NCBI GenBank assembly: GCA_021299635.1
Contig: JAJTFA010000003.1
Span: forward strand, 145,795-209,794
From: Sphingobacteriales bacterium
Lineage (GTDB): Bacteria > Bacteroidota > Bacteroidia > UKL13-3
Direction of reading: 5' to 3'
DNA: 64,000 nt
Shown in pieces: positions 46,512 to 56,721 of this stretch. How positions within the stretch are numbered: position 1 is the stretch's first letter; each line of letters begins with the position of its first letter. A program made the translations under genes and the position numbers. Below the pieces are notes generated by a model that was not told the DNA's origin, made no database searches, and saw nothing but the letters and a program-made list of their open reading frames with translations.

Positions 46512-46730
46512 ATGATGGGAAAAATCAAATACTTCTTCGAAAAACATGCCTTTGGGGTGTGTACCTATATTGGAGAAAAATTTGGTATTTCTGTTTCTCG
46601 TATTCGATTATACTTTATTTATACATCCTTTATCACTATGGGTTCTCCTGTTATTATTTATTTGATTGCAGCTTTTTGGCTGAACTTAAGAAAATACATA
46701 CGCAGCAATAAAACCAGTTGGGATTTATAA
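46512..46730 (+). CDS. PspC-domain membrane protein
   Basis: 72 aa. GVCTYIGEKFGISVSRIRLYFIY followed by a TM segment is a typical PspC domain. Confidence 0.65.
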   Translation: MMGKIKYFFEKHAFGVCTYIGEKFGISVSRIRLYFIYTSFITMGSPVIIYLIAAFWLNLRKYIRSNKTSWDL

Positions 46731-46761
46731 AATATCAAAGAAGCCTTAGCCTTATTAATTT

Positions 46762-47868
46762 ATGAAGAAGCCGGAAATCATTTTTACTTTCTTATCGGTT
46801 TATATCATTGTTGCTTTCAGCTGGTGGACTTACTCGCATATCAATTCGGCAAATAACCTATCTGATATGCATAGGCAGCGGTTGGAATTACTATGCCATA
46901 AAGCCACACTTGAGTGCAACGGAGCTGTTGCACAGGAAATGATTAAAGATACCTCAGACTTGAAGAAGTTCTTTTATGCCAATTGGCCTGAACTGGAGAT
47001 TATTTTTGATGAAAATCTTAACCCGCTCGAAAACTATATGATAAGGCCTAGGCAGGATTCATACACTGCCATCGATAAAAAATTAAATCGTAAAATAAAT
47101 ATGTACCTGATGGAGGGTGTGGTAATGGCTCTTATATTGTTCTGGGGAATCATCTGGATATACCGCTCACTGCTTTTAAGGTTGCAGTTTAACCGCTCAC
47201 AGAATAATTTTTTACTCTCCATAACACATGAGCTAAAAACACCGCTGGCTTCTATTAAACTGTATCTTGAAACATTAATGAAGCGTGAATTAAGTAAGGA
47301 GCAATCACAGGTTATCATTACCAACTCTATAAGCGATGTAAATAGACTGAAGGATTTGGTTGATAATATACTCATGGCTACACAACTAGATAGCAAGAAA
47401 TACATCCTGAATAATACCAATCTGAAAGTTAGTGAGACAATAACCAATTGTATTGAGAAGTATGCCTTACCCAGAAATTTAAAATCAAGGCTTATTTGCA
47501 ATATTCAGGATGAAATTTATCTGTTAACTGATCAGCTGGCATTGGAAACTGTACTGGTAAACTTAATTAGCAATGCTGAAAAATATAGTCCTGCCGATGG
47601 TAAAATATTTATTGACCTGCGCATAAATAGTCAAAAGGATAGATTGCTACTAACTGTAACCGATGAGGGCAATGGCATTAGTGAATCGGATAAGAAAAAT
47701 CTCTTTGGTAAATTTTTTAGGGTAGGTGATGAGAGTGTCAGAAGAACAAAGGGTACGGGCCTTGGCCTCTTTATTGTAAAAAATCTGTTAAACCTTATGA
47801 AAGCTGAAATAACGGTGAAAGATAACTACCCCAAAGGGACTATATTCGAACTTTCATTCCTTATTTAA
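46762..47868 (+). CDS. Sensor histidine kinase
   Basis: Two TM segments, H-box SITHELKTPL, N box LISNAEKYSP, G boxes DEGNGIS and GTGLGLFIV. Confidence 0.85.
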   Translation: MKKPEIIFTFLSVYIIVAFSWWTYSHINSANNLSDMHRQRLELLCHKATLECNGAVAQEMIKDTSDLKKFFYANWPELEIIFDENLNPLENYMIRPRQDSYTAIDKKLNRKINMYLMEGVVMALILFWGIIWIYRSLLLRLQFNRSQNNFLLSITHELKTPLASIKLYLETLMKRELSKEQSQVIITNSISDVNRLKDLVDNILMATQLDSKKYILNNTNLKVSETITNCIEKYALPRNLKSRLICNIQDEIYLLTDQLALETVLVNLISNAEKYSPADGKIFIDLRINSQKDRLLLTVTDEGNGISESDKKNLFGKFFRVGDESVRRTKGTGLGLFIVKNLLNLMKAEITVKDNYPKGTIFELSFLI

Positions 47869-47870
47869 CC

Positions 47871-48566
47871 ATGATTAGAATTTTATTAGTAGAAGATGAA
47901 GAGCATCTCTACCACGCCTTAAAACTCAATCTCGAACTCGAAGGATATACAGTTGTGTTAGCCACCGATGGCAATGCTGCAGTTAAGACATTCAGAGAAC
48001 AGAAATTTGATTTGGTTCTTCTTGATATTATGTTGCCTGAAATGAACGGACTCATGGTGTGCGAGCATATTCGTCTGCATGATGCTGATGTTCCGGTTCT
48101 TTTTCTTTCAGCAAAAAACACAAGTGTCGATCGCATTCAAGGTTTGCGTAAGGGTGCCGATGACTACCTTACCAAGCCCTTCGAGTTGGAAGAGCTGTTA
48201 TTGAGGGTAAGTAAATTATTAGAGAAGAGTCAAAAATTTAGAAATGTTGAATCGGGGAAAGTACATTCAGTTTACACATTTGGCAATAACAAAATTAACT
48301 TTGAAAGTTACGAAGCTTTTGGTGTACTTGGTAAGGTGGATTTAACCAAGAAAGAAATCTTACTGATGAAATTGCTAATTGAAAATAAGAATCAGGTGGT
48401 GAGCAGGGAGCATATATTAAAAGTAGTATGGGATTATAATGTTATCCCTAACACCCGAACCATTGATAATTTTATTCTTGCTCTTAGGAAATATTTTGAA
48501 GATGATCCTAAAAGTCCCCGATATATTTTATCACAGCGCGGGGTTGGATACAAATTCGTTGATTAA
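47871..48566 (+). CDS. OmpR/PhoB-type response regulator
   Basis: REC (ILLVEDE, DLVLLDIMLPEMNG, LSAK) plus a winged-helix output domain (...RGVGYKFV). Confidence 0.85.
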   Translation: MIRILLVEDEEHLYHALKLNLELEGYTVVLATDGNAAVKTFREQKFDLVLLDIMLPEMNGLMVCEHIRLHDADVPVLFLSAKNTSVDRIQGLRKGADDYLTKPFELEELLLRVSKLLEKSQKFRNVESGKVHSVYTFGNNKINFESYEAFGVLGKVDLTKKEILLMKLLIENKNQVVSREHILKVVWDYNVIPNTRTIDNFILALRKYFEDDPKSPRYILSQRGVGYKFVD

Positions 48567-48568
48567 AC

Positions 48569-48925
48569 TTAAAAGGGCCACCATCGAGGCTTATCAGATT
48601 TTAAACCAACGTATACTCCGTCATTTCTTAATTCTGTGGGGTAGGTTTCTACAAAATCACCCTGCAGGCCTTTGCCTGTTTTTACATCATATTTGTAGCG
48701 GTGCACCGGACAAACCACAAGGCCCATATCACACCAGCCACCCATACCAAAACGTGCACCAGCATGTGGGCACTTATCATCAATTGCAAAATACCCTTCT
48801 TCTGTTCTTGTGAGGCATAAGCGCTTTCCTTCAATATCAATGGTGCGTGCAGAATTAATCTGCTGCGGTTCTTCACCGTGCCGGCTAAAATCATAAACCT
48901 TATACCAAATTATTTTCTTACTCAT
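48569..48925 (-). CDS. Rieske [2Fe-2S] domain protein (NirD-like small ferredoxin subunit)
   Basis: CPHAG...17 aa...CPVHRYKY is the Rieske CxH...CxxH pattern. 118 aa. Confidence 0.75.
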   Translation of the reverse strand: MSKKIIWYKVYDFSRHGEEPQQINSARTIDIEGKRLCLTRTEEGYFAIDDKCPHAGARFGMGGWCDMGLVVCPVHRYKYDVKTGKGLQGDFVETYPTELRNDGVYVGLKSDKPRWWPF

Positions 48926-48927
48926 CG

Positions 48928-49374
48928 TTATTGTTGAAGTGGGGTCAATATCAGTTTCATTTGCATGCTCGACTGATCATTTTTCATAAGCAGAATCAGC
49001 GTATCTTTTAGCAGTTTCTCAATGGGTATAATCTTATCTGTTTTTTTACCTTCTTTCTCGGTGATGAACCGAATAGATTTCCCCTCAAGCTCCCACTTGC
49101 CTTCGGTCTTGGCTACTGCATTTCCTGTTAGGTAAGTGCCATCATCGTTAAATACATGTATGTTTTTTTTCAGCACATCGGTTATCAAAGTTTTAGTAAC
49201 CTCTTGCATATTCCCCTGCAGGGTATCGCTTTGCACCAATGATTGCGATTCATTTACAAAAACAACATCATTTACTTGCCAAGCTTTACAAAGCATTTTC
49301 TCCTGTTCATTGCTGCATGAAACAAGACAGACGCCTGTAAGGCAACATAACCATACTGTTATCTTCTTTAACAT
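48928..49374 (-). CDS. Hypothetical lipoprotein (lipocalin-like size)
   Basis: 148 aa with lipobox-containing signal peptide ...GVCLVSC. The Rieske gene starts 3 nt after its stop. Confidence 0.55.
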   Translation of the reverse strand: MLKKITVWLCCLTGVCLVSCSNEQEKMLCKAWQVNDVVFVNESQSLVQSDTLQGNMQEVTKTLITDVLKKNIHVFNDDGTYLTGNAVAKTEGKWELEGKSIRFITEKEGKKTDKIIPIEKLLKDTLILLMKNDQSSMQMKLILTPLQQ

Positions 49375-49446
49375 ATTTATAAGCGAATATTAAATCTCCT
49401 CAAAAAAAGTATTTTTGCCCCACTTTTACATTAACAAAATTTAATC

Positions 49447-50664
49447 ATGCAAACTGTTGATCATATTTCATTTGCAGGCAAAAAAGCCCTTATTCGTGTG
49501 GATTTTAATGTTCCGCTGGATAAAAAGACTTTCGAAATTACAGATGATGCACGAATAAGAGCTACTATACCAACACTTAAGAAGATTTTAGCCGATGGCG
49601 GTTCCTGTATTCTCATGTCTCATTTGGGTCGTCCGCTAAAGAAATTAAAAGAAGATGGCACTGTTGATTATGAAAAGCATACATTAAAGCATACGGTTAA
49701 ACGTACCTCTGAACTATTGGGAGTACAAGTGAAATTTGCAGGCGATTGCATAGGTGCAGAGGCAGCGCAAATGACCGTTAACCTTAAATCTGGTGAGGTC
49801 TTATTATTGGAGAATCTGCGTTTTTATAAAGAAGAAGAAAAAGGGGATATTTCTTTTGCCCAAAAATTGGCAGTGTATGGCGATGTGTATGTAAACGATG
49901 CATTTGGTACAGCTCATCGAGCTCATGCATCTACTGCTATAATTGCACAGTTTTTCCCAAAGGCAAAATGTTTTGGTTATGTAATGGCCAGAGAAATTGA
50001 GAATGCAGAAAAAGTAATGAAAAATGCTGCGCGTCCGTTTACAGCCATTACAGGTGGTGCAAAGGTTTCTGATAAACTCTTGATTCTGGAAAACCTCCTT
50101 GAGCGTGTAGATAATCTAATAATAGGGGGAGGTATGGCTTATACTTTTTTGAAAGCAATGGGTTATGAAATTGGCTCTTCACTGTGCGAAGACGACCGTT
50201 TGGATTTGTGTATTCAATTAATGAAAAAAGCCGAAGCAAAAGGTGTGAGACTTTTGTTGCCTCAGGATTCAGTAGTGGCTGATGCTTTTTCCAATGAAGC
50301 CAATCATAAAGTGTGCGATAATAAGATGATTGAAAAGGGCTGGATGGGATTGGATATTGGTCCTGAAGCTATTGCAGCAAATGATGAAGTAATAAAAAAT
50401 TCGAAAACCATTTTATGGAATGGCCCGATGGGTGTCTTTGAGATGAGCCATTATGAGGCAGGTACCAAAGCGGCAGCTATTGCCGTTGCAGAGGCGACAG
50501 AAAAAGGAGCTTTCTCGCTTATTGGCGGTGGAGATAGCGCAGCAGCTGTTGCTAAATTCGGTTTTGAAAAAAAGGTGAGTTATGTTTCTACCGGTGGAGG
50601 AGCATTGCTTGAATATTTTGAAGGCAAGGAGCTTCCGGGTATTAAAGCAATTAATCAAGAATAA
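49447..50664 (+). CDS. pgk: Phosphoglycerate kinase
   Basis: [34 protein letters not shown] and STGGGA motifs. Confidence 0.92.
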   Translation: MQTVDHISFAGKKALIRVDFNVPLDKKTFEITDDARIRATIPTLKKILADGGSCILMSHLGRPLKKLKEDGTVDYEKHTLKHTVKRTSELLGVQVKFAGDCIGAEAAQMTVNLKSGEVLLLENLRFYKEEEKGDISFAQKLAVYGDVYVNDAFGTAHRAHASTAIIAQFFPKAKCFGYVMAREIENAEKVMKNAARPFTAITGGAKVSDKLLILENLLERVDNLIIGGGMAYTFLKAMGYEIGSSLCEDDRLDLCIQLMKKAEAKGVRLLLPQDSVVADAFSNEANHKVCDNKMIEKGWMGLDIGPEAIAANDEVIKNSKTILWNGPMGVFEMSHYEAGTKAAAIAVAEATEKGAFSLIGGGDSAAAVAKFGFEKKVSYVSTGGGALLEYFEGKELPGIKAINQE

Positions 50665-50670
50665 TATTTT

Positions 50671-51030
50671 ATGATGTCAACGTTGCTTAGATATAAGTAT
50701 GCCATACTTTGGGCAATGTTCATTCTGTTTGCAACCATTGCCAATACCGGCACCCTTGAGCAACTGAGTTTAGATAGTTTGTTTGCTTTCGATAAACCTA
50801 TTCACCTACTTTTGTTTGCAACGCAATCCTTTCTGCTTATTAAGGCGGCAATAGTTCCTGGCCTTGCTCATTTCCGAATATCTGCAATTAGTGCAGCGGT
50901 TTATGGTGTGCTCACAGAAGTTATGCAAGGATGGCTCACCACTAGCCGCAACTTTGATTATTTTGATATGCTAGCCGATTTTGCCGGATGTTTGCTGGTT
51001 TATATTTGGTTTACGCAAATAAGAAAGTAA
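50671..51030 (+). CDS. VanZ-like family membrane protein
   Basis: 119 aa, four hydrophobic segments, DKPIHLLLF and NFDYFDMLADFAG pattern as in VanZ-like proteins. Confidence 0.5.
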   Translation: MMSTLLRYKYAILWAMFILFATIANTGTLEQLSLDSLFAFDKPIHLLLFATQSFLLIKAAIVPGLAHFRISAISAAVYGVLTEVMQGWLTTSRNFDYFDMLADFAGCLLVYIWFTQIRK

Positions 51031-51032
51031 CC

Positions 51033-51677
51033 ATGCAAATTCACTACCTTACTGTAAAGAAAACAGCCCGCTTTTTCACTTTGGGAACGTTGAATCCCCA
51101 AACAAAAGAAGTTTGGTTTGTATTGCATGGCTATGCACAACTTGGTTCTGATTTTATCAAACAATTTGAAATGCTTGTCAACGATGAGCGATTCATTATT
51201 GCGCCTGAAGGCTTGAATAAATTCTATACCAGAGGCTTTGGAGGCAATCCGGCTGCTTCATGGATGACAAGCGAAGACCGCCTGCATGAAATAGCAGATT
51301 ATATGGAATATTTGCAGCAGCTGTATGAATCCCTTCAGATAAATGCAGATAGGGTTAAAGTGATACTGTTGGGCTTTTCACAGGGCGTTGCAACAGCCTC
51401 CAGATGGCTTGCAGCAAGCAAGATTATGTTTAACCATTTTGTTGTTTGCTCGGGTGAAATTGCTGCAGAAATGCAACATCCCATTCATCCTGCATTGACA
51501 AAAACTCCTGTAACGTATATTACAGGTAATGCGGATAAATTAATATCATCAGAAAAACTTCAGGCATATGTTCAGCTTATGCAGTCCATCAAAGCCCGCA
51601 TGATTACTTTTGAAGGTGGCCATATTATTGATCCGCAGAGTGTGCTGCAGGCTGCTAATATTGAATTTGCACAATAG
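51033..51677 (+). CDS. Alpha/beta hydrolase (phospholipase/carboxylesterase-type esterase)
   Basis: VWFVLHGY, nucleophile elbow GFSQG, C-terminal GGHII. The start is set at ATG 51033. The longer ORF overlaps the upstream gene. Confidence 0.6.
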   Translation: MQIHYLTVKKTARFFTLGTLNPQTKEVWFVLHGYAQLGSDFIKQFEMLVNDERFIIAPEGLNKFYTRGFGGNPAASWMTSEDRLHEIADYMEYLQQLYESLQINADRVKVILLGFSQGVATASRWLAASKIMFNHFVVCSGEIAAEMQHPIHPALTKTPVTYITGNADKLISSEKLQAYVQLMQSIKARMITFEGGHIIDPQSVLQAANIEFAQ

Positions 51678-51718
51678 CTTTCACTAGCTTACTTTTACGC
51701 CTGATAATTTAATTACGC

Positions 51719-52465
51719 ATGACACTTTTAACAGGAAAAACTGCATTGGTTACCGGTGCCACCAGAGGCATAGGAAAAGGTATAGCATTAAAACTTGCAC
51801 AACATGGAGCCAATATCGCTTTCACATTTGTGAGCTCCGTAGAAAAAGCAAAAGCCTTTGAGGCAGAATTAGCTGCTCTTGGTATAAAAGCCAAAGGTTT
51901 TCAAAGCAATGCTGCTGAGTTTGCAGAAGCAGATAAAATTGTAGATGAAATTATAAAGGATTTTGGCTCACTGGATATTTTGGTAAATAATGCCGGTATT
52001 ACCCGTGACGGTTTACTTATGCGAATGACAGAGCAGCAATGGGATGAGGTGATGGATACCAACTTGAAATCAGCCTTTGCTTTAACAAAGTCTGCTATGC
52101 GACCCATGATGAAAGCCAAATCTGGTTCTATCATCAATATTACTTCTGTTGTGGGAATTACAGGTAATGCAGGTCAGGCAAATTATGCTGCATCAAAGGC
52201 GGGTATGATTGGTTTTACAAAGTCGGTTGCAAAAGAATTGGGCTCACGCAATATTCGCTGCAATGCAATTGCTCCCGGTTTTATTGAAACCGAAATGACA
52301 GAAGCATTATCGGAAGAGGTGCGTGCAGAGTGGACCAAAGGTATTGCACTTAAACGAGGGGGTTCTCCTGAAGATGTAGCCAACTGCGTACTCTTCCTTG
52401 CATCAGATATGTCAGCTTATATAAGCGGCCAAACCATCAATGTTTGCGGTGGTATGGTAATGTAA
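51719..52465 (+). CDS. fabG: 3-oxoacyl-[ACP] reductase
   Basis: SDR motifs TGATRGIGKG, NNAG, YAASKAG. 248 aa, typical FabG length and C-terminus (GQTINVCGGMVM). Confidence 0.85.
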   Translation: MTLLTGKTALVTGATRGIGKGIALKLAQHGANIAFTFVSSVEKAKAFEAELAALGIKAKGFQSNAAEFAEADKIVDEIIKDFGSLDILVNNAGITRDGLLMRMTEQQWDEVMDTNLKSAFALTKSAMRPMMKAKSGSIINITSVVGITGNAGQANYAASKAGMIGFTKSVAKELGSRNIRCNAIAPGFIETEMTEALSEEVRAEWTKGIALKRGGSPEDVANCVLFLASDMSAYISGQTINVCGGMVM

Positions 52466-52483
52466 TTTTTCAGAAGCAAATTT

Positions 52484-54577
52484 ATGTTTCTAAGCACTGA
52501 ATTATCTGCATGGCTTATTATTCCTTCATTGCTGGTTGCAATAACCGGTGCGTGGCTTTTATACCGTAATCATAAACTTGAATTTACGGGCAGGTTCTCG
52601 CGCTGGATGAACAGGCTGATGCTATTCATCAGATTCGCTGCTATTTTTATTATTTGCCTGCTCATTCTTGGCCCCTTGTTTAAATGGATTTCTTCTAAAA
52701 CAGAAAAGCCATACATCATCATTGCTTTGGATAACTCCCAATCTGTGTTGGCTGTAAAAGATTCGGCAGGTGTAAAGAAGGCAATTATAAATTGGCTTGA
52801 TGAGTTAACGAATGAGCTAGGAGATAATTTTGAGTTGCGCACTTATGTATTTGGGAAAAAAATGAATGCAGGCAGCGTACTTGATTTTAATGATAAGCAA
52901 ACAGATATAGCCAATGTTTTTAAAGAGTTAAATCAAACGTTCGACTGGAAAAATACCGGTGCTATTGTTATCGCATCAGACGGAGTATATAATGAAGGCA
53001 GTAACCCATTGTATGCAGCAGCCGAGATGCGCTCGCCAGTTTATACAGTTGCATTGGGTGATACCATGCAGCAGAAAGATCTCATCATACAACAGGTAAG
53101 GCACAACCAATTGGTTTATACCGGCAATACCTTTCCTTTAAGTATTGATATACGTGCCTTTGGTTACCAAGGGGAAGCAGCAACCCTAAGTGTTACAAAC
53201 AATGAGCAATTGATTCATCGCAAAGCCATTCGTATTGACCGTACACAATTTTTTAATACCATACAACTGGATATAGAGGCAGGGAAAGAGGGTACGCAAC
53301 ATTTTGTGATTAGCGTTGCACCGCTGCGAGGTGAGGCATCTCCAGCCAATAACCGCTTTGATGTTTTTATACAAGTTATAAATGGAAAGCAAAAGATTAA
53401 AATTGTGGCATTGGCTCCTCATCCGGATATAGCTGCGCTGCGCAACAGTATGATGGATAATGAGAATTATGAAGTAAGTGTTCAGTTTATCAATGGAAAC
53501 GAATCGGCAAATTTAACCAAGGAGATTAGTTTGATGGTTTTGCATCAACTTCCGGGTCCGCGTGGGGAAGGTGCTATGCTCATGCGCCAAATCAATGATC
53601 AGAAAATTCCTGCTTTGCATATACTGGGATCGGAAACCAATCTTTCCATATGGAATCAAACACAAAATGATTTGCTTGTTCATTCAGGCCGCATAGCTAG
53701 TAATGACGCCCAGCCTATTGTTCAAAATACATTTGCATCATTTATACTAACAAATGAAGATGCAGATCGGATCTCAAAGTTCCCACCATTGCTCGCACCT
53801 TACGGAAATTATATTATTCGCTCGGAGGCAGACATTATACTCAAACAGCAAATAGGATATGTAAAAACGGATTATCCTTTGTGGTTTTTTACCAGAAGCG
53901 AAGGTGTGAGAAAAGGGTTTATTTGCGGAGAGGGACTTTGGAAATGGCGGTTGTGGGATTATCAGCAAAGTAAACAGCAAACATTTAATGTACTTATAGG
54001 CAAAACTATACAATATCTTGCTGTGAAAGAAGATAAAGGACGTTTCAGAATAAATTACCAGAAAAGATTTAGTGAAGCAGAACCTATCATATTTGATGCC
54101 GAAGTTTATAATGAAAGTTATGAACTCATTAACACATCAGATGTGCAGATGATTATGGCCGATAGTAAAAACAAGCAATTTCAGTATACATTTAGCAAAA
54201 ACGGAAAAGGTTATCAGTTAAATGCAGGGTTAATGCCTCCAGGTAGCTATAGTTTCACAGCAAAAACCATTGCAGGCAATAAAAATGAAATAGTAAAAGG
54301 TCAGTTTATTGTCGCACCACTTCAGGCAGAATTCTTGCAAACTAAAGCCGATCATCAGTTATTGCGTGAGCTTTCCTTACAATCAGGTGCCTCGTTATTT
54401 TATCTCAATGAGCCTCATCAATTGGCAAAAGCCATAAGGGATAATGAAAATATTAAACCTGTTGTTTACAATCAGGAGGAAATAATAAGCTGGATTAATT
54501 TGAAATGGATTTTCTTTTTAATTATCGCACTATTTAGTTTGGAATGGTTTATCAGGAAATGGAACGGAGCTGTATAA
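52484..54577 (+). CDS. Large membrane-anchored protein with a possible vWA-like N-terminal domain
   Basis: 697 aa, two N-terminal TM segments and one C-terminal TM segment. IIIALDNSQSV resembles a MIDAS DxSxS motif. Otherwise unrecognised. Confidence 0.45.
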   Translation: MFLSTELSAWLIIPSLLVAITGAWLLYRNHKLEFTGRFSRWMNRLMLFIRFAAIFIICLLILGPLFKWISSKTEKPYIIIALDNSQSVLAVKDSAGVKKAIINWLDELTNELGDNFELRTYVFGKKMNAGSVLDFNDKQTDIANVFKELNQTFDWKNTGAIVIASDGVYNEGSNPLYAAAEMRSPVYTVALGDTMQQKDLIIQQVRHNQLVYTGNTFPLSIDIRAFGYQGEAATLSVTNNEQLIHRKAIRIDRTQFFNTIQLDIEAGKEGTQHFVISVAPLRGEASPANNRFDVFIQVINGKQKIKIVALAPHPDIAALRNSMMDNENYEVSVQFINGNESANLTKEISLMVLHQLPGPRGEGAMLMRQINDQKIPALHILGSETNLSIWNQTQNDLLVHSGRIASNDAQPIVQNTFASFILTNEDADRISKFPPLLAPYGNYIIRSEADIILKQQIGYVKTDYPLWFFTRSEGVRKGFICGEGLWKWRLWDYQQSKQQTFNVLIGKTIQYLAVKEDKGRFRINYQKRFSEAEPIIFDAEVYNESYELINTSDVQMIMADSKNKQFQYTFSKNGKGYQLNAGLMPPGSYSFTAKTIAGNKNEIVKGQFIVAPLQAEFLQTKADHQLLRELSLQSGASLFYLNEPHQLAKAIRDNENIKPVVYNQEEIISWINLKWIFFLIIALFSLEWFIRKWNGAV

Positions 54578-54583
54578 CAGCCT

Positions 54584-55306
54584 CTATAAACTCATCATTT
54601 CTTTAAATTTTACTGATTGCCTCCGCGAAACCTCAACTTTGGTTCCGTCTTTCATAATAATAATAAAGCCCGCATTAAAAAACGGCTCAATCTTGTCGAT
54701 ATAGCGCAGGTTAATAATCTGCTGGCGGTTGGCTCTGAAAAACATACTTGGCGATAATCTTTCGTCAAGCGCATGGAGTGTTTTATGAATAAGCGGATGG
54801 TATTCATCGAAATAAATTTTTGCATAGTTACCAGCAGATTCTATCATTCTGATGTCTTCCATTTTTACAAACCAGCATTTTTCACCATCCCTTATGAATA
54901 CCTGATCTTTATCTCCTAACTGATTTTTTTGGCTATCGGCCGAAATGTCGGCAATTTCTTTTTTTACCCGTGCAATGCCTTGTCTTAATCGTTCAGTTTG
55001 TATCGGTTTCAGCAAATAATCCAATGCATTTACCTCAAATGCTTTGATGGCAAACTCATTATAAGCAGTTGTAAAGATTACACATGGTGTATCAATAAGG
55101 TCTTCTAACAGCGCAAAACCGTTTTTGCCCGGCATCTCAACATCCAGAAAAAGTAATTGAGGTTTAAGCCTATCTACTAACTCTGATGCTTCATCAGCAT
55201 TTCCCGCTTCACCTATAATGTTTATTTCAGGAAAATCCTTGAGCAGATTTTTCAGGCCTTCACGGGCCAGTCTTTCATCGTCTACAATGATTGTTTTAAT
55301 ACTCAT
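54584..55306 (-). CDS. LytTR-family response regulator
   Basis: REC (IIVDDE, LLFLDVEMPGKNG) plus a LytTR DNA-binding domain (IESAGNYAKIYF..., FFRANRQQIINL). Confidence 0.85.
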   Translation of the reverse strand: MSIKTIIVDDERLAREGLKNLLKDFPEINIIGEAGNADEASELVDRLKPQLLFLDVEMPGKNGFALLEDLIDTPCVIFTTAYNEFAIKAFEVNALDYLLKPIQTERLRQGIARVKKEIADISADSQKNQLGDKDQVFIRDGEKCWFVKMEDIRMIESAGNYAKIYFDEYHPLIHKTLHALDERLSPSMFFRANRQQIINLRYIDKIEPFFNAGFIIIMKDGTKVEVSRRQSVKFKEMMSL

Positions 55307-56331
55307 GCAGGTAAAATTATTTCAGTTAAAACTGTATTGTTAGTTGTATTTGTAATGCCAAAACTTGCTTTTTCATCAAATAAAATATTTAATCTTTCAA
55401 TGGTATTGGCTACACCAACACCCTGATGAAGTGCTTTAGGCTGATAGATCCCTGTGTTTTCAATACTGATGTGTAAATGATTACCAAGTCGTTTTGCCGA
55501 TAGGTTGATCGTTCCTCCTACTTTACTAGCTGAGATGCCATGTTTAACCGCATTTTCAACCAGTGTCTGCAGCATCAATGGCGGAACCATACATAGCATG
55601 GCTTCTTCTGTAGTTTGTAATACAAAATTTAGTCTTGTGTCAAAACGTATGGTTTCTATAGCGATATAATCTTTAACGGTTTGCAATTCAACTGCAAGTG
55701 ATACTGTTTTTTGGTTGCCTTTCTGAAGTGAACTGCGCAACAGACCTGAAAGTTGATTTATGGCATTTTTAGCCATCTCCGGATTTAAATCAACCAAGGT
55801 TCGGATACTGTTTAATGAATTGAATAGAAAATGCGGATTAAGTTGTGTTTTTAAGTTATTGTACTGTGTTTCTTTTACTGAAGCCTCCAGCTGATAAAAA
55901 TCTCGCTCTGCTTTAAGGGAGCGTTCCCAATATTGAAAAAGGTGATAGATGAGAACCCATAGCAGCACATATTTACCAAAATTGAAAAAGTATGGCATAA
56001 CCAGTTCAAACGAAAGGGGTATTCCCTGGAATTCGGGTAGCAAGAAACGATCTAAACCAATATTACTGATTGATAATACAACCGTCATTACCGCAATAGC
56101 ACAGATTAGTCTGGGTATTAGTTTATACAGTGGCAGTGCCAGCCAGTTTGTTTTAAGTAGAAAATTGCGATATAAATGGGTGATGGCAACACCTAAAATT
56201 AAATTGATGGCACCGTTGATAAAGAGATTTGAATGGTAGCCAAGTATGTTACCATAGCTAATGATTTCAATAACGTTAAAAAGTGTCCATCCACCCAATT
56301 GGCAATACCAGTATAATCGAGCCTTGTTCAT
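55303..56331 (-). CDS. LytS/YehU-type sensor histidine kinase
   Basis: Polytopic N-terminus, LNPHFLFNSLNSI histidine region, ATPase region LVENAVKHG. It overlaps the regulator gene by 4 nt. Confidence 0.8.
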   Translation of the reverse strand: MNKARLYWYCQLGGWTLFNVIEIISYGNILGYHSNLFINGAINLILGVAITHLYRNFLLKTNWLALPLYKLIPRLICAIAVMTVVLSISNIGLDRFLLPEFQGIPLSFELVMPYFFNFGKYVLLWVLIYHLFQYWERSLKAERDFYQLEASVKETQYNNLKTQLNPHFLFNSLNSIRTLVDLNPEMAKNAINQLSGLLRSSLQKGNQKTVSLAVELQTVKDYIAIETIRFDTRLNFVLQTTEEAMLCMVPPLMLQTLVENAVKHGISASKVGGTINLSAKRLGNHLHISIENTGIYQPKALHQGVGVANTIERLNILFDEKASFGITNTTNNTVLTEIILPA

Positions 56332-56332
56332 C

Positions 56333-56521
56333 CTAAATTAAGGCTTTTTTCTTTTCAGAAGATATATGGAATCGCTTAAGGGATCCGCCCAGTGGCAATT
56401 CCGCTGAGCAATTCTGCTCTTTAACCGTGCTGTCTATTTTTTCTTGCTTTTTTATTTTGGTGCATGTCTTAACTTGGAACACTCCAAATCCCAGCATAAT
56501 AATTGCGCTAATCCATTTCAT
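56333..56521 (-). CDS. Possible small secreted/lipoprotein-like ORF upstream of the kinase
   Basis: 62 aa, N-terminal hydrophobic segment MKWISAIIMLGFGVFQVKTC. It ends 1 nt before the kinase start. There is no homology I recognise, so it could be spurious. Confidence 0.3.
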   Translation of the reverse strand: MKWISAIIMLGFGVFQVKTCTKIKKQEKIDSTVKEQNCSAELPLGGSLKRFHISSEKKKALI

Positions 56522-56586
56522 AGGTCTGGTGTTTTATGGTGTGGTAATTGATTTCGAAGCTAACAGATAATTTTTATTTTTTAGTC

Positions 56587-56628
56587 GTTTTTCCGTTTGC
56601 GGCAACATAATCGGATAAACGGAAAAAC
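56587..56628. promoter_or_regulatory. Perfect 12-bp inverted repeat in a divergent promoter region (candidate operator)
   Basis: gtttttccgttt (56587-56598) and aaacggaaaaac (56617-56628) are exact reverse complements separated by 18 nt. They sit about 95 nt upstream of the MFS transporter start. Confidence 0.3.
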
Positions 56629-56721
56629 CCCTGCCTTTATTTTAGGTCAATTCTTTTACCATGTGGAGAATAGTACTTGTCCCGATTGGCATTATCTCTC
56701 ATTTTTGAAAGAAAAGATCCA

